Assembly (NCBI GenBank): GCA_963675525.2
Contig: CAXXSL010000008.1
Coordinates: 64,001-128,000, forward strand
Source of the DNA: Anaerohalosphaeraceae bacterium
GTDB lineage: Bacteria; Planctomycetota; Phycisphaerae; Sedimentisphaerales; Anaerohalosphaeraceae
DNA: 64,000 nucleotides
Direction of reading: 5' to 3'
Shown here: positions 40,470 through 51,155 of the stretch, piece after piece
How positions within the stretch are numbered: the stretch's first letter is position 1
Layout of the letters: each line of letters opens with the position of its first letter
The notes under the pieces: model-generated
The model's database searches: none
The model's input: the letters and a program-made list of their open reading frames with translations, nothing else
What the model was told of the DNA's origin: nothing
Translations under genes and position numbers: made by a program

Positions 40470-43364
40470 TTAATTACTATCCAGCCAGTTCAATGCTAAG
40501 ACCGCAAAGTCTCTAAAGTCAACCAAACCGTCTCCGCCGACCGGTTCGATATCGGCTTGCGTTCCTGCCGTTGTCCACTCATCTGCCATAATCCGAACAT
40601 CGGCAAGATCGACGCTCCCGTCGTCATTTAGATCGCCTCTGAAACCGAGTGAAATTTCGGTCTCGACAGAGCTTCCCGCGATGACCGATGTTCCGCCGGT
40701 CGGGTTTTGACTGATTATATTGCCTACTGTGACCGTATCACTGAATGAGTAACTTGTCGTACCCAGAGACAAACCCGCCGCAATGATCGCGGATTGACCG
40801 CCTATCTGATTCATGCCGATGACATTCGGAACCGTTACCATCGGTGCCGTGAAATCGAAGTAGTTAAGATTGTATTCGTCTGAACTGTCGGCGTTGGCAA
40901 ACCGCATGACCTGGGTTCCTGCCGACAAGGTCGCCGTCGCCGTCACAGTCGTCCAGTTCTGCCATCCGCCGGTGACCGGCACATTGACATTGCCTGTTAC
41001 ATCGACACCATTAAATTCGATGTGAAAGTTTCCGCCGGTGGCATCTGATGCCACACGGATGTCGATCGTATAATCTCCGGGTGCCGGAACTTCAACGATG
41101 TATTCCAGCCATTCGTTTGCTGCCATCCATCCGACATTGTAGCCGCCTTCAGAGCATCCTTCGATATCAACATCCTCAGAACGATATTGTCCGCCGTTAT
41201 TGCCGGCATCATTGTCATGATAAGCAACCCCTTCGCCGCCGAGATCATAGTCTTCGGCTTCGATCCGTGTCGGCAGCACGAAGGGACTGCCGAGGTATGG
41301 GGTATTTCCACCCCCACAGCCGGTCCCAACAGTAATGCTGATCGAATCGGTGTTTGAGTTGCCGAGATCATTGATGGCCCTGGCCTTGATCGTATAGCAC
41401 CCGTCCGGAACAGAAGTCCATGTATAGCTGTAGGGGAAAGTTGTATCTTCACCCAGATAGTTCAGGCCTTCGTAAAACTCTACGGTGGTGATCGTTCCGA
41501 CACTGTCGGATGCGGTTGCGTTGATCGTAATATTACCCGCTGGAATGGAGGATCCGTTGGTTGGACTGGTGATGTTCACAGACGGAAGGATCGTGCCGTG
41601 GTCCAAGCCAAAGCCGTATGCGAACAGTGGGTCATAGGAAGCGTCTCCGAAATTGATCGGCACCTGCCCGATATTTCTCGGCCAGCTATGCGGCAGCTTT
41701 CCGATAAAATCATAATCACCAAACAATACCTCCGCAACGCCATCACCTTCTGTTCCGGGCAGCCATGCCGCCACAAATGCATTCCAGTCATTTATATAGT
41801 CGCTGACCATCATCGGACGGCCCGAAACCAATACAACGACGACAGGCACACTGGGATCAATATTGTTAAGACAATTAATATCCGTTGAGTCAAGAGCCAG
41901 GTCGTTATCGTCCCCGTTGCCTTCGGCATAGGGAGTTTCTCCGATGATAACGATGGCGATGTCGTGACCGGCAGAGCCGTTTCCGTTTTCATTAAACGTG
42001 ACCAAACCGCCACCGGCGGTGACTTCATTTTGAATGCCTTCGAGAATTGTTGTCCCCGGCGTTATATTGCCGCTGGAACCCTGCCAGCTAATCGTCCAGC
42101 CGCCGCACTGATTGCCGATATTGTTCGCGTTTTTACCGGCCACAAAGACATTACTATTTGGGGAGATCGGCAGCACACCATCGTTTTTGAGAAGAACAAG
42201 CGATTCTCGCACCGCCTGGCGGGCCACCGCTCGGTGTGCAGTGCTGCCGAGGGCACCACCGTTGACCAGCGTTCTGTCGGCCAGCGGTTCGTCAAATACC
42301 CCGGCATTTGCTTTAACCGTCAATATACGCCTAACAGCATCGTCAATTCGTGCCATCGTGATCCTGTTTTTTCCCACGGCAGTCTTTACGGTGTTGATCC
42401 ATGTCAACCAGTCGCCCGGTTCCATTGCCATATCGACACCGGCGTTGATCATCTGCACGACTTCGTCTTCATAAGTTGCACCTGAGAGTTGATGAACCGC
42501 TTCCCAGTCGGAGATGAGGAATCCGCCAAAGCCAAATTCTGTTTTGAGGACATCGGTAAGGAGGTAGCTATTCTCATGCATTTTGACGCCGTTCCAACTA
42601 CTGTACGACGGCATGATCGTCCCGACATTATTAGCGATCGCCTCAAGATATCCCGGCATATGGATATTTCGCAGCGTTGCTTCATCGCAGATCGTGTTGC
42701 CCTGATCGTCACCGCCGCTGGTACCGCCGTCGCCGGCAAAGTGCTTGGCACAGGCGATGATCCGTTCGCCGCTCATGGAGGTTCCCTGCAGACCTTTCAC
42801 ATAACGGCCGGCCAGCAAGGTCTGTAATTCTGGATGTTCTCCAAAACCTTCGTAGGTTCTGCCCCATCGCTCGTCTCGTACGACTGCCACACATGGAGCG
42901 AATGTCCATTCAAGACCAGTGCAGGCGACTTCTTTGGCCGTGATGCGTCCGATCTCTTCGATCAGATTCGGATCACGCGTGGCCCCCAGGCCGATATTGT
43001 GTGGAAATATCGTTGCTCCATATACATTGCTGTGGCCGTGAACGGCATCGATTCCGTATAGAATAGGGATGCCCAGTCGAGTACTCAGGGCTTGGTTCTG
43101 ATAATCATCATGCATATCCGCCCATCCGGTAGGCGTATTTGAGGCTGGATGAGACCCGCCCCCGCTTAAGATCGAACCCAAAAAATAATTTCGAACATCA
43201 TCCGGCGTGGCACTGCCTCTTTCTGCCTGCGTCATTTGTCCGATTTTCTCATCCAATGTCATACTGGAAATGAGAGCTTCAATATCGACCGCAGCCGAGG
43301 CAGAAACAGTAATCATTATTAGAAACAGCAGCGTTACGAATAAATGGTTAAACTTCAGCATCAC
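40470..43364 (-). CDS. Secreted GH3 beta-glucosidase/exo-beta-glucanase + Ig + CBM6 + PASTA + dockerin-like pair
   Basis: EKIGQMTQAER, GIDAVHGH, RWGRTYEG, AKHFAGDGGT, ISDW; tail IEAEDYD (CBM6), TVPNVIG..ISQNP (PASTA), GDLNDDGSVDLAD. Confidence 0.92.
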   Translation of the reverse strand: MMLKFNHLFVTLLFLIMITVSASAAVDIEALISSMTLDEKIGQMTQAERGSATPDDVRNYFLGSILSGGGSHPASNTPTGWADMHDDYQNQALSTRLGIPILYGIDAVHGHSNVYGATIFPHNIGLGATRDPNLIEEIGRITAKEVACTGLEWTFAPCVAVVRDERWGRTYEGFGEHPELQTLLAGRYVKGLQGTSMSGERIIACAKHFAGDGGTSGGDDQGNTICDEATLRNIHMPGYLEAIANNVGTIMPSYSSWNGVKMHENSYLLTDVLKTEFGFGGFLISDWEAVHQLSGATYEDEVVQMINAGVDMAMEPGDWLTWINTVKTAVGKNRITMARIDDAVRRILTVKANAGVFDEPLADRTLVNGGALGSTAHRAVARQAVRESLVLLKNDGVLPISPNSNVFVAGKNANNIGNQCGGWTISWQGSSGNITPGTTILEGIQNEVTAGGGLVTFNENGNGSAGHDIAIVIIGETPYAEGNGDDNDLALDSTDINCLNNIDPSVPVVVVLVSGRPMMVSDYINDWNAFVAAWLPGTEGDGVAEVLFGDYDFIGKLPHSWPRNIGQVPINFGDASYDPLFAYGFGLDHGTILPSVNITSPTNGSSIPAGNITINATASDSVGTITTVEFYEGLNYLGEDTTFPYSYTWTSVPDGCYTIKARAINDLGNSNTDSISITVGTGCGGGNTPYLGSPFVLPTRIEAEDYDLGGEGVAYHDNDAGNNGGQYRSEDVDIEGCSEGGYNVGWMAANEWLEYIVEVPAPGDYTIDIRVASDATGGNFHIEFNGVDVTGNVNVPVTGGWQNWTTVTATATLSAGTQVMRFANADSSDEYNLNYFDFTAPMVTVPNVIGMNQIGGQSAIIAAGLSLGTTSYSFSDTVTVGNIISQNPTGGTSVIAGSSVETEISLGFRGDLNDDGSVDLADVRIMADEWTTAGTQADIEPVGGDGLVDFRDFAVLALNWLDSN

Positions 43365-43557
43365 CTTCTCCTATTGATCGAGCCTGAAAGCGATAGAATT
43401 ATCAGCAAAAATTGAATCTGACCTTTCGCATTAAAGCCGCTAAGTTGGATATATTTATACATCAATCCACGCGATCACTACCGACTCACTAGTATAACAT
43501 AATTCCCACCCCATGAGCCCCAAATTCGGGATTCGGGTCACATCCAATCTATTATTG

Positions 43558-44478
43558 TTAGAAGAATAAATAGCCGCTGTACCCCATAAAGGTGTGTCTG
43601 TTCTCTCTCGTTTCGAATTCCTCCTGCCGAAATCTGTGATTGGAGTCGATCTTCTTCATTTCCACGCTGCCGTCGCCAAAAGCCTGGTTGATTCCGGTAA
43701 TGTCTCTGGGCGGGTTAAGGTAAGTAACTGTTCCCTCGCCGGAAGGCCCGTTCTTGCCGTGGTTGTACCAGTAAACCTTCTCGCTCGGCTGACCAACATT
43801 CCAATAAAAGATCGTATCGGTTAACATGATCCGACCACTGGCAGGATTTTTTTGGACAAGCGATCCCCTGTCTCCTACATTCGGGAACATGCTGTCAGCC
43901 CACAGGTCCGCCCTGCCGATGTAAGAATAATCCAGCCGGAAAAAACTGCGTGTCGCTCCCCTCAAAAAGCCCATAGTGATTCCAACTTCCCGTTTCTTTG
44001 CCAGGGGACATCGCCATACTCCATCCAGCAAAAAGTTTGACTCATGATCGAGAAATTCAGCTTGACTGTCTGTCCGCAATCCCAGATCGTTAAAGCCCGG
44101 AAGATAGGGTGAAATGGTTTCGTGGGATATCATTTTTTCCTGCCACGCCCTGTCTCCGCCCGGTGAACCGGTAAGAGAATACTGCCTTTTGTACTGGTCC
44201 AGATACATTTCATTGGGATAACAGGTTGTGACCTTGCCGCCGGAAACAGTGTACGTGGTTGACAGGGGTGTTTGGTTGTCGTTATCTCCAGCTAATGTCG
44301 TGATCGCCACGGCCCATTGATGCAGGTTGTTGCGGCAGAGAACCAACCGAGCAGACTCTTTGGCTTTTCGCAACGCAGGCAGGATCACCGACATCAGCAA
44401 GGCGATGATGGCGATCACTACCAGCAGTTCGATCAGGGTGAACGCCCGAATGTCCGTTTTTACCGCTTTCAAACTCAT
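43558..44478 (-). CDS. Prepilin-type N-terminal methylation protein (DUF1559-like)
   Basis: [35 protein letters not shown]-terminal [13 protein letters not shown]. Confidence 0.9.
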   Translation of the reverse strand: MSLKAVKTDIRAFTLIELLVVIAIIALLMSVILPALRKAKESARLVLCRNNLHQWAVAITTLAGDNDNQTPLSTTYTVSGGKVTTCYPNEMYLDQYKRQYSLTGSPGGDRAWQEKMISHETISPYLPGFNDLGLRTDSQAEFLDHESNFLLDGVWRCPLAKKREVGITMGFLRGATRSFFRLDYSYIGRADLWADSMFPNVGDRGSLVQKNPASGRIMLTDTIFYWNVGQPSEKVYWYNHGKNGPSGEGTVTYLNPPRDITGINQAFGDGSVEMKKIDSNHRFRQEEFETRENRHTFMGYSGYLFF

Positions 44479-44511
44479 CTAATCCTCTCTTACAACAGCA
44501 TAGATAAACTC

Positions 44512-44540
44512 AAAAAAGGCCGGGCACAAAGCCCGGCCTT
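44512..44540 (-). terminator. Intrinsic terminator
   Basis: AAAAAAGGCCGGGC-acaaa-GCCCGGCCTT; U-tract on the minus strand. Confidence 0.8.
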
Positions 44541-44578
44541 GTAAAACACTTATATTAACTTCTGAACCGTCACAACGT

Positions 44579-46057
44579 TTACGGGCAAGTGATCTTGGTC
44601 GAGTCACAATCAAGCCAGCCTGCGGCAAAAATCGCAAAGTCTGCCAGATCTTTCTTACAGTTACTGTCAAGGTCGCCTGTTGCATCGTAAACATCATCCG
44701 GATCTTCGGTGGCCGCTTCGGCACAGGTGCCATAGACACCGGCACGCACACCTGCTTCATCATGGGGTGAACCCGGCGTCTGATTGCCGCCTTCATCAGT
44801 ACCAACACCAGCACTGTCTTCGACCTCGAGATTGAAGGCGAACCAGCCATTGCCATCCACGCTGATCTCCTGGGTTACGGTTCCGGATGTATGGATTCCT
44901 GCACCCGGGGTCCAGACTTTCGTCCCATATGTTACAACCGTAGCCGGGGCTTTTTCATGAACCCCCTCAACAAACTCGGCTCTTTCGATGGTACTCTTGC
45001 CGTCATCGGTATAAGAACCAGACAATGTGAAGGTTGCAGTTCCGCCATCGAGAAAGACATACTGATTTAAACCGGCATTTACAACAGGCGGTACATCCGT
45101 TACAGTGAAAGTCCACAGATCACCGATGATGGTCACGGGGCTGCCGCCTGTGTTGGGGTCGATACTGTCCACACGCCAAGTATACATAGTATCATCGGTC
45201 AATGATACACCGTAATCCGCCAAAAGAATCGTACCATCCGTAATACCGGTTGCGATCGGAGCACCGTAAAAATTAGGATCATTATCGTCTATTTCAAAGT
45301 AAACATTACAAGAAATCTGATCGTTGGGATTATTCGGGTCTGCATTGGTCCAGCTCAAACTCGTTGTGTCAAGTCCGACATTGTCGCCATCAGCCGGAGT
45401 CGGGAAGACAGGTCGACTATAGTAGGGAACAACAACGACACCCAGTAAAGCGGTCGGGTCCGAAGAAGAGACATTCAAACCCTTGATGGAGAATCCGGCC
45501 TGAACTCTCGGATCAACACCATTAACCACTGACCCGGGAATACTAAGGGTATGAGACCCAACAGTAAGGTCCGCATATTCATACGTAGTCGTTGCCCAGC
45601 CGCCGCCTGCATCCAACACCTTGATGAATGCCCGACATTCATAACCAGCAGCCGCCAGATTGTTGGACACGACTCTATATTCAAAATCGACTGGCTGGCC
45701 GTCCCATCCATCCTTTTCATGATAGTAGTTGGCTTCCGGTTGTACGTTGCCCAGAAGTGTCGTCTGGTTAACCCAGTACGGGTCCGTCAGGTTGTCATCG
45801 TAGGTGTTTGTATTTGCCTGAAGCAATACCTGGAAGTCACCGCCTGCAGTCGTTCCGGAAGAGGTGGCCCGCAAGTCTAAGTTGGCCCATTCGCTGCCAA
45901 ACAGATAGGTGGTTCCATCTGCTGCATAAACGTTCATGTATCCTTGGCCCACATCCAAATCTTCGTCGACGTTGAGATATTCCGCCTGAACCCCTACAAC
46001 CATACACAAAACGACCATTGTTAACATTAATTTTTTCATACTCATCGTTACCTCCAT
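44579..46057 (-). CDS. Secreted non-catalytic protein: unnamed N-terminal domain (shared with 47762-48421) + Ig-like domains + single dockerin-like motif
   Basis: Signal peptide MKKLMLT..VQA; C-terminal TGDLDSNCKKDLADFAIFAAGWLDC; no GH motif recognised. Confidence 0.8.
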   Translation of the reverse strand: MEVTMSMKKLMLTMVVLCMVVGVQAEYLNVDEDLDVGQGYMNVYAADGTTYLFGSEWANLDLRATSSGTTAGGDFQVLLQANTNTYDDNLTDPYWVNQTTLLGNVQPEANYYHEKDGWDGQPVDFEYRVVSNNLAAAGYECRAFIKVLDAGGGWATTTYEYADLTVGSHTLSIPGSVVNGVDPRVQAGFSIKGLNVSSSDPTALLGVVVVPYYSRPVFPTPADGDNVGLDTTSLSWTNADPNNPNDQISCNVYFEIDDNDPNFYGAPIATGITDGTILLADYGVSLTDDTMYTWRVDSIDPNTGGSPVTIIGDLWTFTVTDVPPVVNAGLNQYVFLDGGTATFTLSGSYTDDGKSTIERAEFVEGVHEKAPATVVTYGTKVWTPGAGIHTSGTVTQEISVDGNGWFAFNLEVEDSAGVGTDEGGNQTPGSPHDEAGVRAGVYGTCAEAATEDPDDVYDATGDLDSNCKKDLADFAIFAAGWLDCDSTKITCP

Positions 46058-46135
46058 AACAAAAAAAATTCATATTTCATATTATTTGAAACCCTGCTTA
46101 ATTTTGCCCGTCGATCATTAATACCACTGTTTCTA

Positions 46136-47032
46136 TCAGGGCATGGGAATATAGCCCTGAACCAACCATTTCAAATCTTCATTGAGAGAGGGCTCCGGAT
46201 CACTTGTTATCTCACCCTTCATCAGCTTGATCGTATCCGGGTCCTGCCACTTATGCCGCTCGGCATGACCGTCCGCAAAGCCGATCGTACTGGAATCATT
46301 ATGGAAATACGCCGGCCAATCCCACCAATTATAACCGCTGCCAAGCAGCACAAATCCACCGAAATTGAATTTTTGTCCTTTTTGGGTAACGTCTTCCTCC
46401 ACAAACACATGCTTGGTACCGGGAGAACGAATTTGAGAACCCTTAACAGCAACTTTCAGTAGTTTTGTAGCCCCACCAGTGGGCGAAACCGTGGCTGTTC
46501 GATAATTGACGATCGGACCATACAGACCGCCGGAACGTCCATTGGGCGCAAAGTCCTCTCCATTCATCAGACCGGTGATGGCATAACTGCGAAAGACAGC
46601 ATCCGGTTCCGCTTTTCTGTAATTTTTGTCGCCGGGACAATGATAAAGATCTTCGTCACCCGTGTAGGGGTATAATTTACCGGCACGAATACCGTTTTGT
46701 CGCGTTTCGATCGAAAACGCCGCTTCTGGGGCCGGCGTATCTCCTGGCAGAACGTCGGTATCGTTGTACAAAGGGACTTCCACCCAGCGATACGGGGTTG
46801 GACGGTTTCCGTTGTAGTAATTGGACCCACCGACAAGAAAATCGTCATTGTTCTCTGCATAAGACGTCCAGGCCAGGCATAATTGCCGTTGATTGGAGAC
46901 ACACACCGCACCGGATGCCAACTCCTTGGCCGCTTTCAGGGAAGGCAGGATAACCGCCATCAGCAAGGCAATGATCGCGATCACAACCAGTAACTCAATT
47001 AATGTAAATCCTTTTTCTTTCATAATTCTCAC
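46136..47032 (-). CDS. Prepilin-type N-terminal methylation protein with H-X9-DG motif (DUF1559-like)
   Basis: [45 protein letters not shown] is an exact H-X9-DG. Confidence 0.92.
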   Translation of the reverse strand: MRIMKEKGFTLIELLVVIAIIALLMAVILPSLKAAKELASGAVCVSNQRQLCLAWTSYAENNDDFLVGGSNYYNGNRPTPYRWVEVPLYNDTDVLPGDTPAPEAAFSIETRQNGIRAGKLYPYTGDEDLYHCPGDKNYRKAEPDAVFRSYAITGLMNGEDFAPNGRSGGLYGPIVNYRTATVSPTGGATKLLKVAVKGSQIRSPGTKHVFVEEDVTQKGQKFNFGGFVLLGSGYNWWDWPAYFHNDSSTIGFADGHAERHKWQDPDTIKLMKGEITSDPEPSLNEDLKWLVQGYIPMP

Positions 47033-47114
47033 CTTATCTTAACTCGCCTCAGAACAATCTCTCATTCATATCTCCACACCCACCTCAAAAAGTCTCTAAC
47101 CAAAGCTACTATTT

Positions 47115-47194
47115 AATATACTCCTTTTTATCGTCCAAGTGCAAGGGTTTTTTGACAAAAACATTAAAATTATTGCAATAGCAACCGTTTGCTA
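47115..47194. promoter_or_regulatory. Pilin-operon promoter and LacI-type operator
   Basis: Minus TTGCAC(47144-39)-N18-TATATT(47120-15); operator TAGCAACCGTTTGCTA (47179-94). Confidence 0.7.
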
Positions 47195-47457
47195 ACAGCG
47201 TTCAAGTAAAACCCGACGCGGCTTTGCCCCAACCGTGCACTATACCAGAGGCCGTAACCCCTTGTCAAAATTAGGCTTAGACAGCTATTGATTCTTTTCA
47301 GACCAAACGCTCTAATGACGACCTACATTGTCATGTTTTTTGAGCTTTTTGGGTATTTTTCTTTTCCGGCTCATATTTTTTCGGAGGAACAACAAGGTTC
47401 GACCTTGGTGTTTTTGACATGGACAAATATTTTTTTTGAAAAATCATTATTACCCTC

Positions 47458-47508
47458 TTGACTTACCTCCCCGAAATCGCTATTATAGCACATAGAAACC
47501 GGTTGCTA
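47458..47508 (+). promoter_or_regulatory. sigma70 promoter plus LacI-type operator for the PEP-CTERM gene
   Basis: TTGACT(47458-63)-N17-TATTAT(47481-86), then TAGAAACCGGTTGCTA (47493-47508) at the expected start site. Confidence 0.82.
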
Positions 47509-47761
47509 TTTTAATGGCATCATAATATGGTTTCTTCAGGAGAATAAGGGAAGATGAAAAAGAAACCGGCAACGTACCGGCAGGAAGCCAAACGAAACGT
47601 GTGGATGAGCAGACTGCCCTTTCTTCCTACTTTCCTTAATATTACCGATGCCAACCAAAGTCTCTAATCAAAGCCCTTCAGTGATGTGTGTGTAGTGTGT
47701 GGTATGGAAGTGATGTAAAAGTGAACAGAAATGAACCTTATTTTTTTGTGGAGGAAAGACG

Positions 47762-48421
47762 ATGAAGAAAGTATTAGTAATTTTAGCATTAGTTGCAATG
47801 ACTGGCATTGCAAGCGCGGACCTGCTGACGTTCGACGCTGCAACTAGCATGCAGACCGGCACCACCAACGGTTGGGTGAATGCTGGGGACAATTCCCCGA
47901 GTGAATGGGGCAGCGCATGGGGCGTTCCGGACCTGCGTCAAACCATTTCAGGTGGCGCAATGTACCTTCAAACCAATATTGTTTCAACCGACCCGACTGG
48001 TACAGATCCTTACTGGCTTCCGGGAAATGTTCAAATGGAATCTCTTGGCTACAATGAGAGTCCTGTTGTGGCCGGTGACGTTGTTACCTTTAATTTCACC
48101 GTGCTCAGTAACAATTTGGCTGGTGCAAATGGCGGAGAAATTAGTTCGATCATCACCGAAGCATTCGTCAAAGTCTTGGACCCCGCTCAGGGTTGGGCAA
48201 CCACACAGCAAGAATATGTTTCTCTGGATCCTGGTGCAGGTACCGTTGGCCTGACTGTTCTCGCTAACGGCGTCGCCCAGTATGGTTTCCGCGTTATTGG
48301 TACCAATGATGTCGCTGGTTCAGCTACTGGCGGTCTTGCAGCGGTTATCGCTGTTCCCGAACCGGCCACCATGGCTCTCTTGGGACTGGGCGGACTGTTT
48401 CTGAGTCGCCGCAAAAAGTAG
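47762..48421 (+). CDS. PEP-CTERM surface protein carrying the unnamed domain shared with 44579-46057
   Basis: Signal peptide; C-terminus VPEPATMALLGLGGLFLSRRKK; GGAGG RBS. Confidence 0.92.
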   Translation: MKKVLVILALVAMTGIASADLLTFDAATSMQTGTTNGWVNAGDNSPSEWGSAWGVPDLRQTISGGAMYLQTNIVSTDPTGTDPYWLPGNVQMESLGYNESPVVAGDVVTFNFTVLSNNLAGANGGEISSIITEAFVKVLDPAQGWATTQQEYVSLDPGAGTVGLTVLANGVAQYGFRVIGTNDVAGSATGGLAAVIAVPEPATMALLGLGGLFLSRRKK

Positions 48422-48450
48422 ACATTAGGTACAGAGTAGTTTTGCTCTTT

Positions 48451-48482
48451 AAAAAGGCAAGCCAACCGGCTTGCCTTTTTTT
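48451..48482 (+). terminator. Intrinsic terminator
   Basis: AAAAAGGCAAGCC-aacc-GGCTTGCCTTTTTTT. Confidence 0.88.
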
Positions 48483-48564
48483 GTGTCGACAGAGACGCCT
48501 CTTGCTTCACTACTGCCTTTGTGATAGGATCTAAGCGTAATTTTTCAAATCATCCGCTGAATGA

Positions 48565-51126
48565 ATGAAGGTGTGTATCTATGACATCGAAGAAAAAAAG
48601 ACCCAACAAAAAAAACAAACCCCCTTGAGTCCGCCGCCGATCGGCAAAAAACGGCTGTGGGCGTTTCGCCTCATCGCCATGATCGGCATTCCGCTGATTC
48701 TGTTTGCGTGCCTGGAGTTGGGTCTCCGCATCGGGGGATTTGGGTATTCAACCGAGATCGCAACGAAACAGAAAGTAAACAGTATCGATCGTTACTGCTA
48801 CAACCAGAAACTGGGCTGGCGGTTCTTTCCCAAACGATTAGCTCGTGACCTTGCAGGTTTTGCGTTTGACATCAAGAAAGCCCCTAGTACCTACCGGATA
48901 TTTGTGCTGGGTGCCTCCGCTGCCCAGGGCGTTCCGGATGAATCCTATAACTTTGGCCGTTTTCTGGAGATTATGCTGGAACATGAATATACCCAGACGA
49001 ATTTCGAAGTGATCAATGTCGCCATGACAGCGATCAACTCGCATGGGGTTTATCAAATTGCCAAAAGCTGCGGACGGTTCGAGCCCGACCTGATGATCGT
49101 GTACCTGGGCAATAATGAGGTCGTCGGTCCCTATGGTGCCGGAACGATTTTTTCCCCCTTGTCACCGAACCTGACGATGATCCGGGCCAACGCCGCGATG
49201 ACCTGTACCAAAACAGGGCAATTATTACAAAGCCTGCTGTCCATTGCCAGCTCTAACAGCAAGGTTCCGCAGTCATGGGGCGGGATGGAAATGTTCCTCG
49301 ATGAGCAGGTCCGCCCGGAGTCCGACGCCTTAGGGGTGGTATACAGTCACTTTGAGCAAAACTTAAGAGACATTTGCAATGTCGGCATCCGAGTAAACGC
49401 AAACGTCCTTGTTTCCAATGTCGGGTGTAATTTAAAAGACAGCGCGCCCTTTGCCTCGCAGCATCGAAACGGCCTGACGGATTCGGAGAAAAAGGCGTGG
49501 GAGGAACATTACCTGGAAAGCATTGTTCATGAAACCGCGGGAGAACTTGAAGAGGCTGTTGCCGGCTACCTGGCGGCGGAGCAAATTGATGATGCTTTCG
49601 CGGACCTGCAGTTTCGCCTGGGGCGATGCTGCTGGCGACTCGGGCAATACCAAAAAGCCAGGGACCGGTACACCTTAGCCCGGGAGTATGATACATTGCG
49701 GTTTCGGGCCGATACTCAAATAAACAAAGTCATTCGGTCAGTTGCTGAGGGCCGAGAGCCGGAAGGTGTTTATTTTGTCGACACCGTTAAAGCTCTGGAG
49801 GCGAACAGTCCTCATGGCATCCCCGGCAATGAACTGTTTTATGAGCATGTCCATTATCGATTTGAAGGCAATTACATCCTTGCGAAAACGATGTTTGAGC
49901 AAGTCAAAGGAATGCTTCCTGAAAAAATAACCAAACATAAAAAAGACCTGCCGACATTGACATTGGCCGATTGCCAGGATCGCCTGGTCTACACGGCTTT
50001 TGAGAGGTGTTATCGGGCAGAATCTGTTCTCGAAGACCTGGTCAACAAACCCCCCTTTACGAATCAGTCCTATCATGACGAATTGATCACAGCGCTGGAA
50101 AACGAGGCGGAACACTTTAGGCAGGACATCCAACCCAGCCAGGAAAAAACCCGGGCCCTTTACGATCAACAAATAAGCCTGCACCCGCAGGACTGGAGGT
50201 TGCGATGGAAACGGGCTGTTTTTTCCGCCCAAGACGCTTCGAAACTTGGATATGTCGCCATGGAGTTCAAAAAAGTGCTTCAATACCTGCCCTACGATAA
50301 GGCATATCGCGGGTTGCTCCCCATTCTAATCATGCAAAACAAACTGGATGAGGCGGAATCCTGTGGTAGGGAACTGGTCAAGATGAAACCGACTTCCGAA
50401 TACGCATACTTTTACCTTGGGGATATTTATCGAAAAAAGGGAGACGACCGCAAAGCCATCAAGTACTTTTCAGAGTGCATCGATCTGAAGCCTGACGGAT
50501 CACCTCTCGTCTACGAATATTTAGCGGAAGCTTTTGAGAGAACCGGAAAACCCAAAAAAGCTATTAAGGTTCTGTATAAAGCCATCGAACACTCCCCGAA
50601 AGAGAAAACCGCGACGGTCCATATTCATCTCGGGCTTCTTTTAGGCAAACAAAACAGTGGCGAAGAAGCGATTCAGATCCTCCGCACAGCAATCCATGAT
50701 TTCCCGCCGGAGGAAATCAAGAAAGAAAATGACGTGTTTGTACTTTTGCTGCAATTGGATCAAATCGAGTTAGCCCTTGACCTCTATCACCAGGTCTTAA
50801 AAGTCCAGCCCGATTCCATCACGATGCTTAATAACCTGGCCTGGATTTTGGCAACCTGTGACGATGAAACAATTCGTAATCCTAAAGAAGCGGTTGAATT
50901 GGCCGAGAAAGCATGTACCCTTACAAATTACAAGTCGCCCCGAACACTGGATACCCTGGCCGCCGCATACGCAAGCTCAGGCAATTTTGAAAGAGCTGTA
51001 ATCACTGCCAAAAAAGCAGTCAAGACGGCAAATGAGGGGGGGCAATTCGACCAGGCTGTCAAAATAAAGAATAAACTTCGTTTGTATGAAAAAGGGATAC
51101 CCTACCGCGAAAAAATAAATCCTTGA
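48565..51126 (+). CDS. Membrane-anchored SGNH/GDSL-like domain + TPR-repeat protein
   Basis: N-terminal TM; RIFVLGASAAQG, EVINVA, VYLGNNE, FYEHVH; C-terminal TPRs and LNNLAWILAT..LDTLAAAYA. Confidence 0.75.
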   Translation: MKVCIYDIEEKKTQQKKQTPLSPPPIGKKRLWAFRLIAMIGIPLILFACLELGLRIGGFGYSTEIATKQKVNSIDRYCYNQKLGWRFFPKRLARDLAGFAFDIKKAPSTYRIFVLGASAAQGVPDESYNFGRFLEIMLEHEYTQTNFEVINVAMTAINSHGVYQIAKSCGRFEPDLMIVYLGNNEVVGPYGAGTIFSPLSPNLTMIRANAAMTCTKTGQLLQSLLSIASSNSKVPQSWGGMEMFLDEQVRPESDALGVVYSHFEQNLRDICNVGIRVNANVLVSNVGCNLKDSAPFASQHRNGLTDSEKKAWEEHYLESIVHETAGELEEAVAGYLAAEQIDDAFADLQFRLGRCCWRLGQYQKARDRYTLAREYDTLRFRADTQINKVIRSVAEGREPEGVYFVDTVKALEANSPHGIPGNELFYEHVHYRFEGNYILAKTMFEQVKGMLPEKITKHKKDLPTLTLADCQDRLVYTAFERCYRAESVLEDLVNKPPFTNQSYHDELITALENEAEHFRQDIQPSQEKTRALYDQQISLHPQDWRLRWKRAVFSAQDASKLGYVAMEFKKVLQYLPYDKAYRGLLPILIMQNKLDEAESCGRELVKMKPTSEYAYFYLGDIYRKKGDDRKAIKYFSECIDLKPDGSPLVYEYLAEAFERTGKPKKAIKVLYKAIEHSPKEKTATVHIHLGLLLGKQNSGEEAIQILRTAIHDFPPEEIKKENDVFVLLLQLDQIELALDLYHQVLKVQPDSITMLNNLAWILATCDDETIRNPKEAVELAEKACTLTNYKSPRTLDTLAAAYASSGNFERAVITAKKAVKTANEGGQFDQAVKIKNKLRLYEKGIPYREKINP

Positions 51127-51155
51127 TAGAAGAATAATCATTATTCACACTCTCA

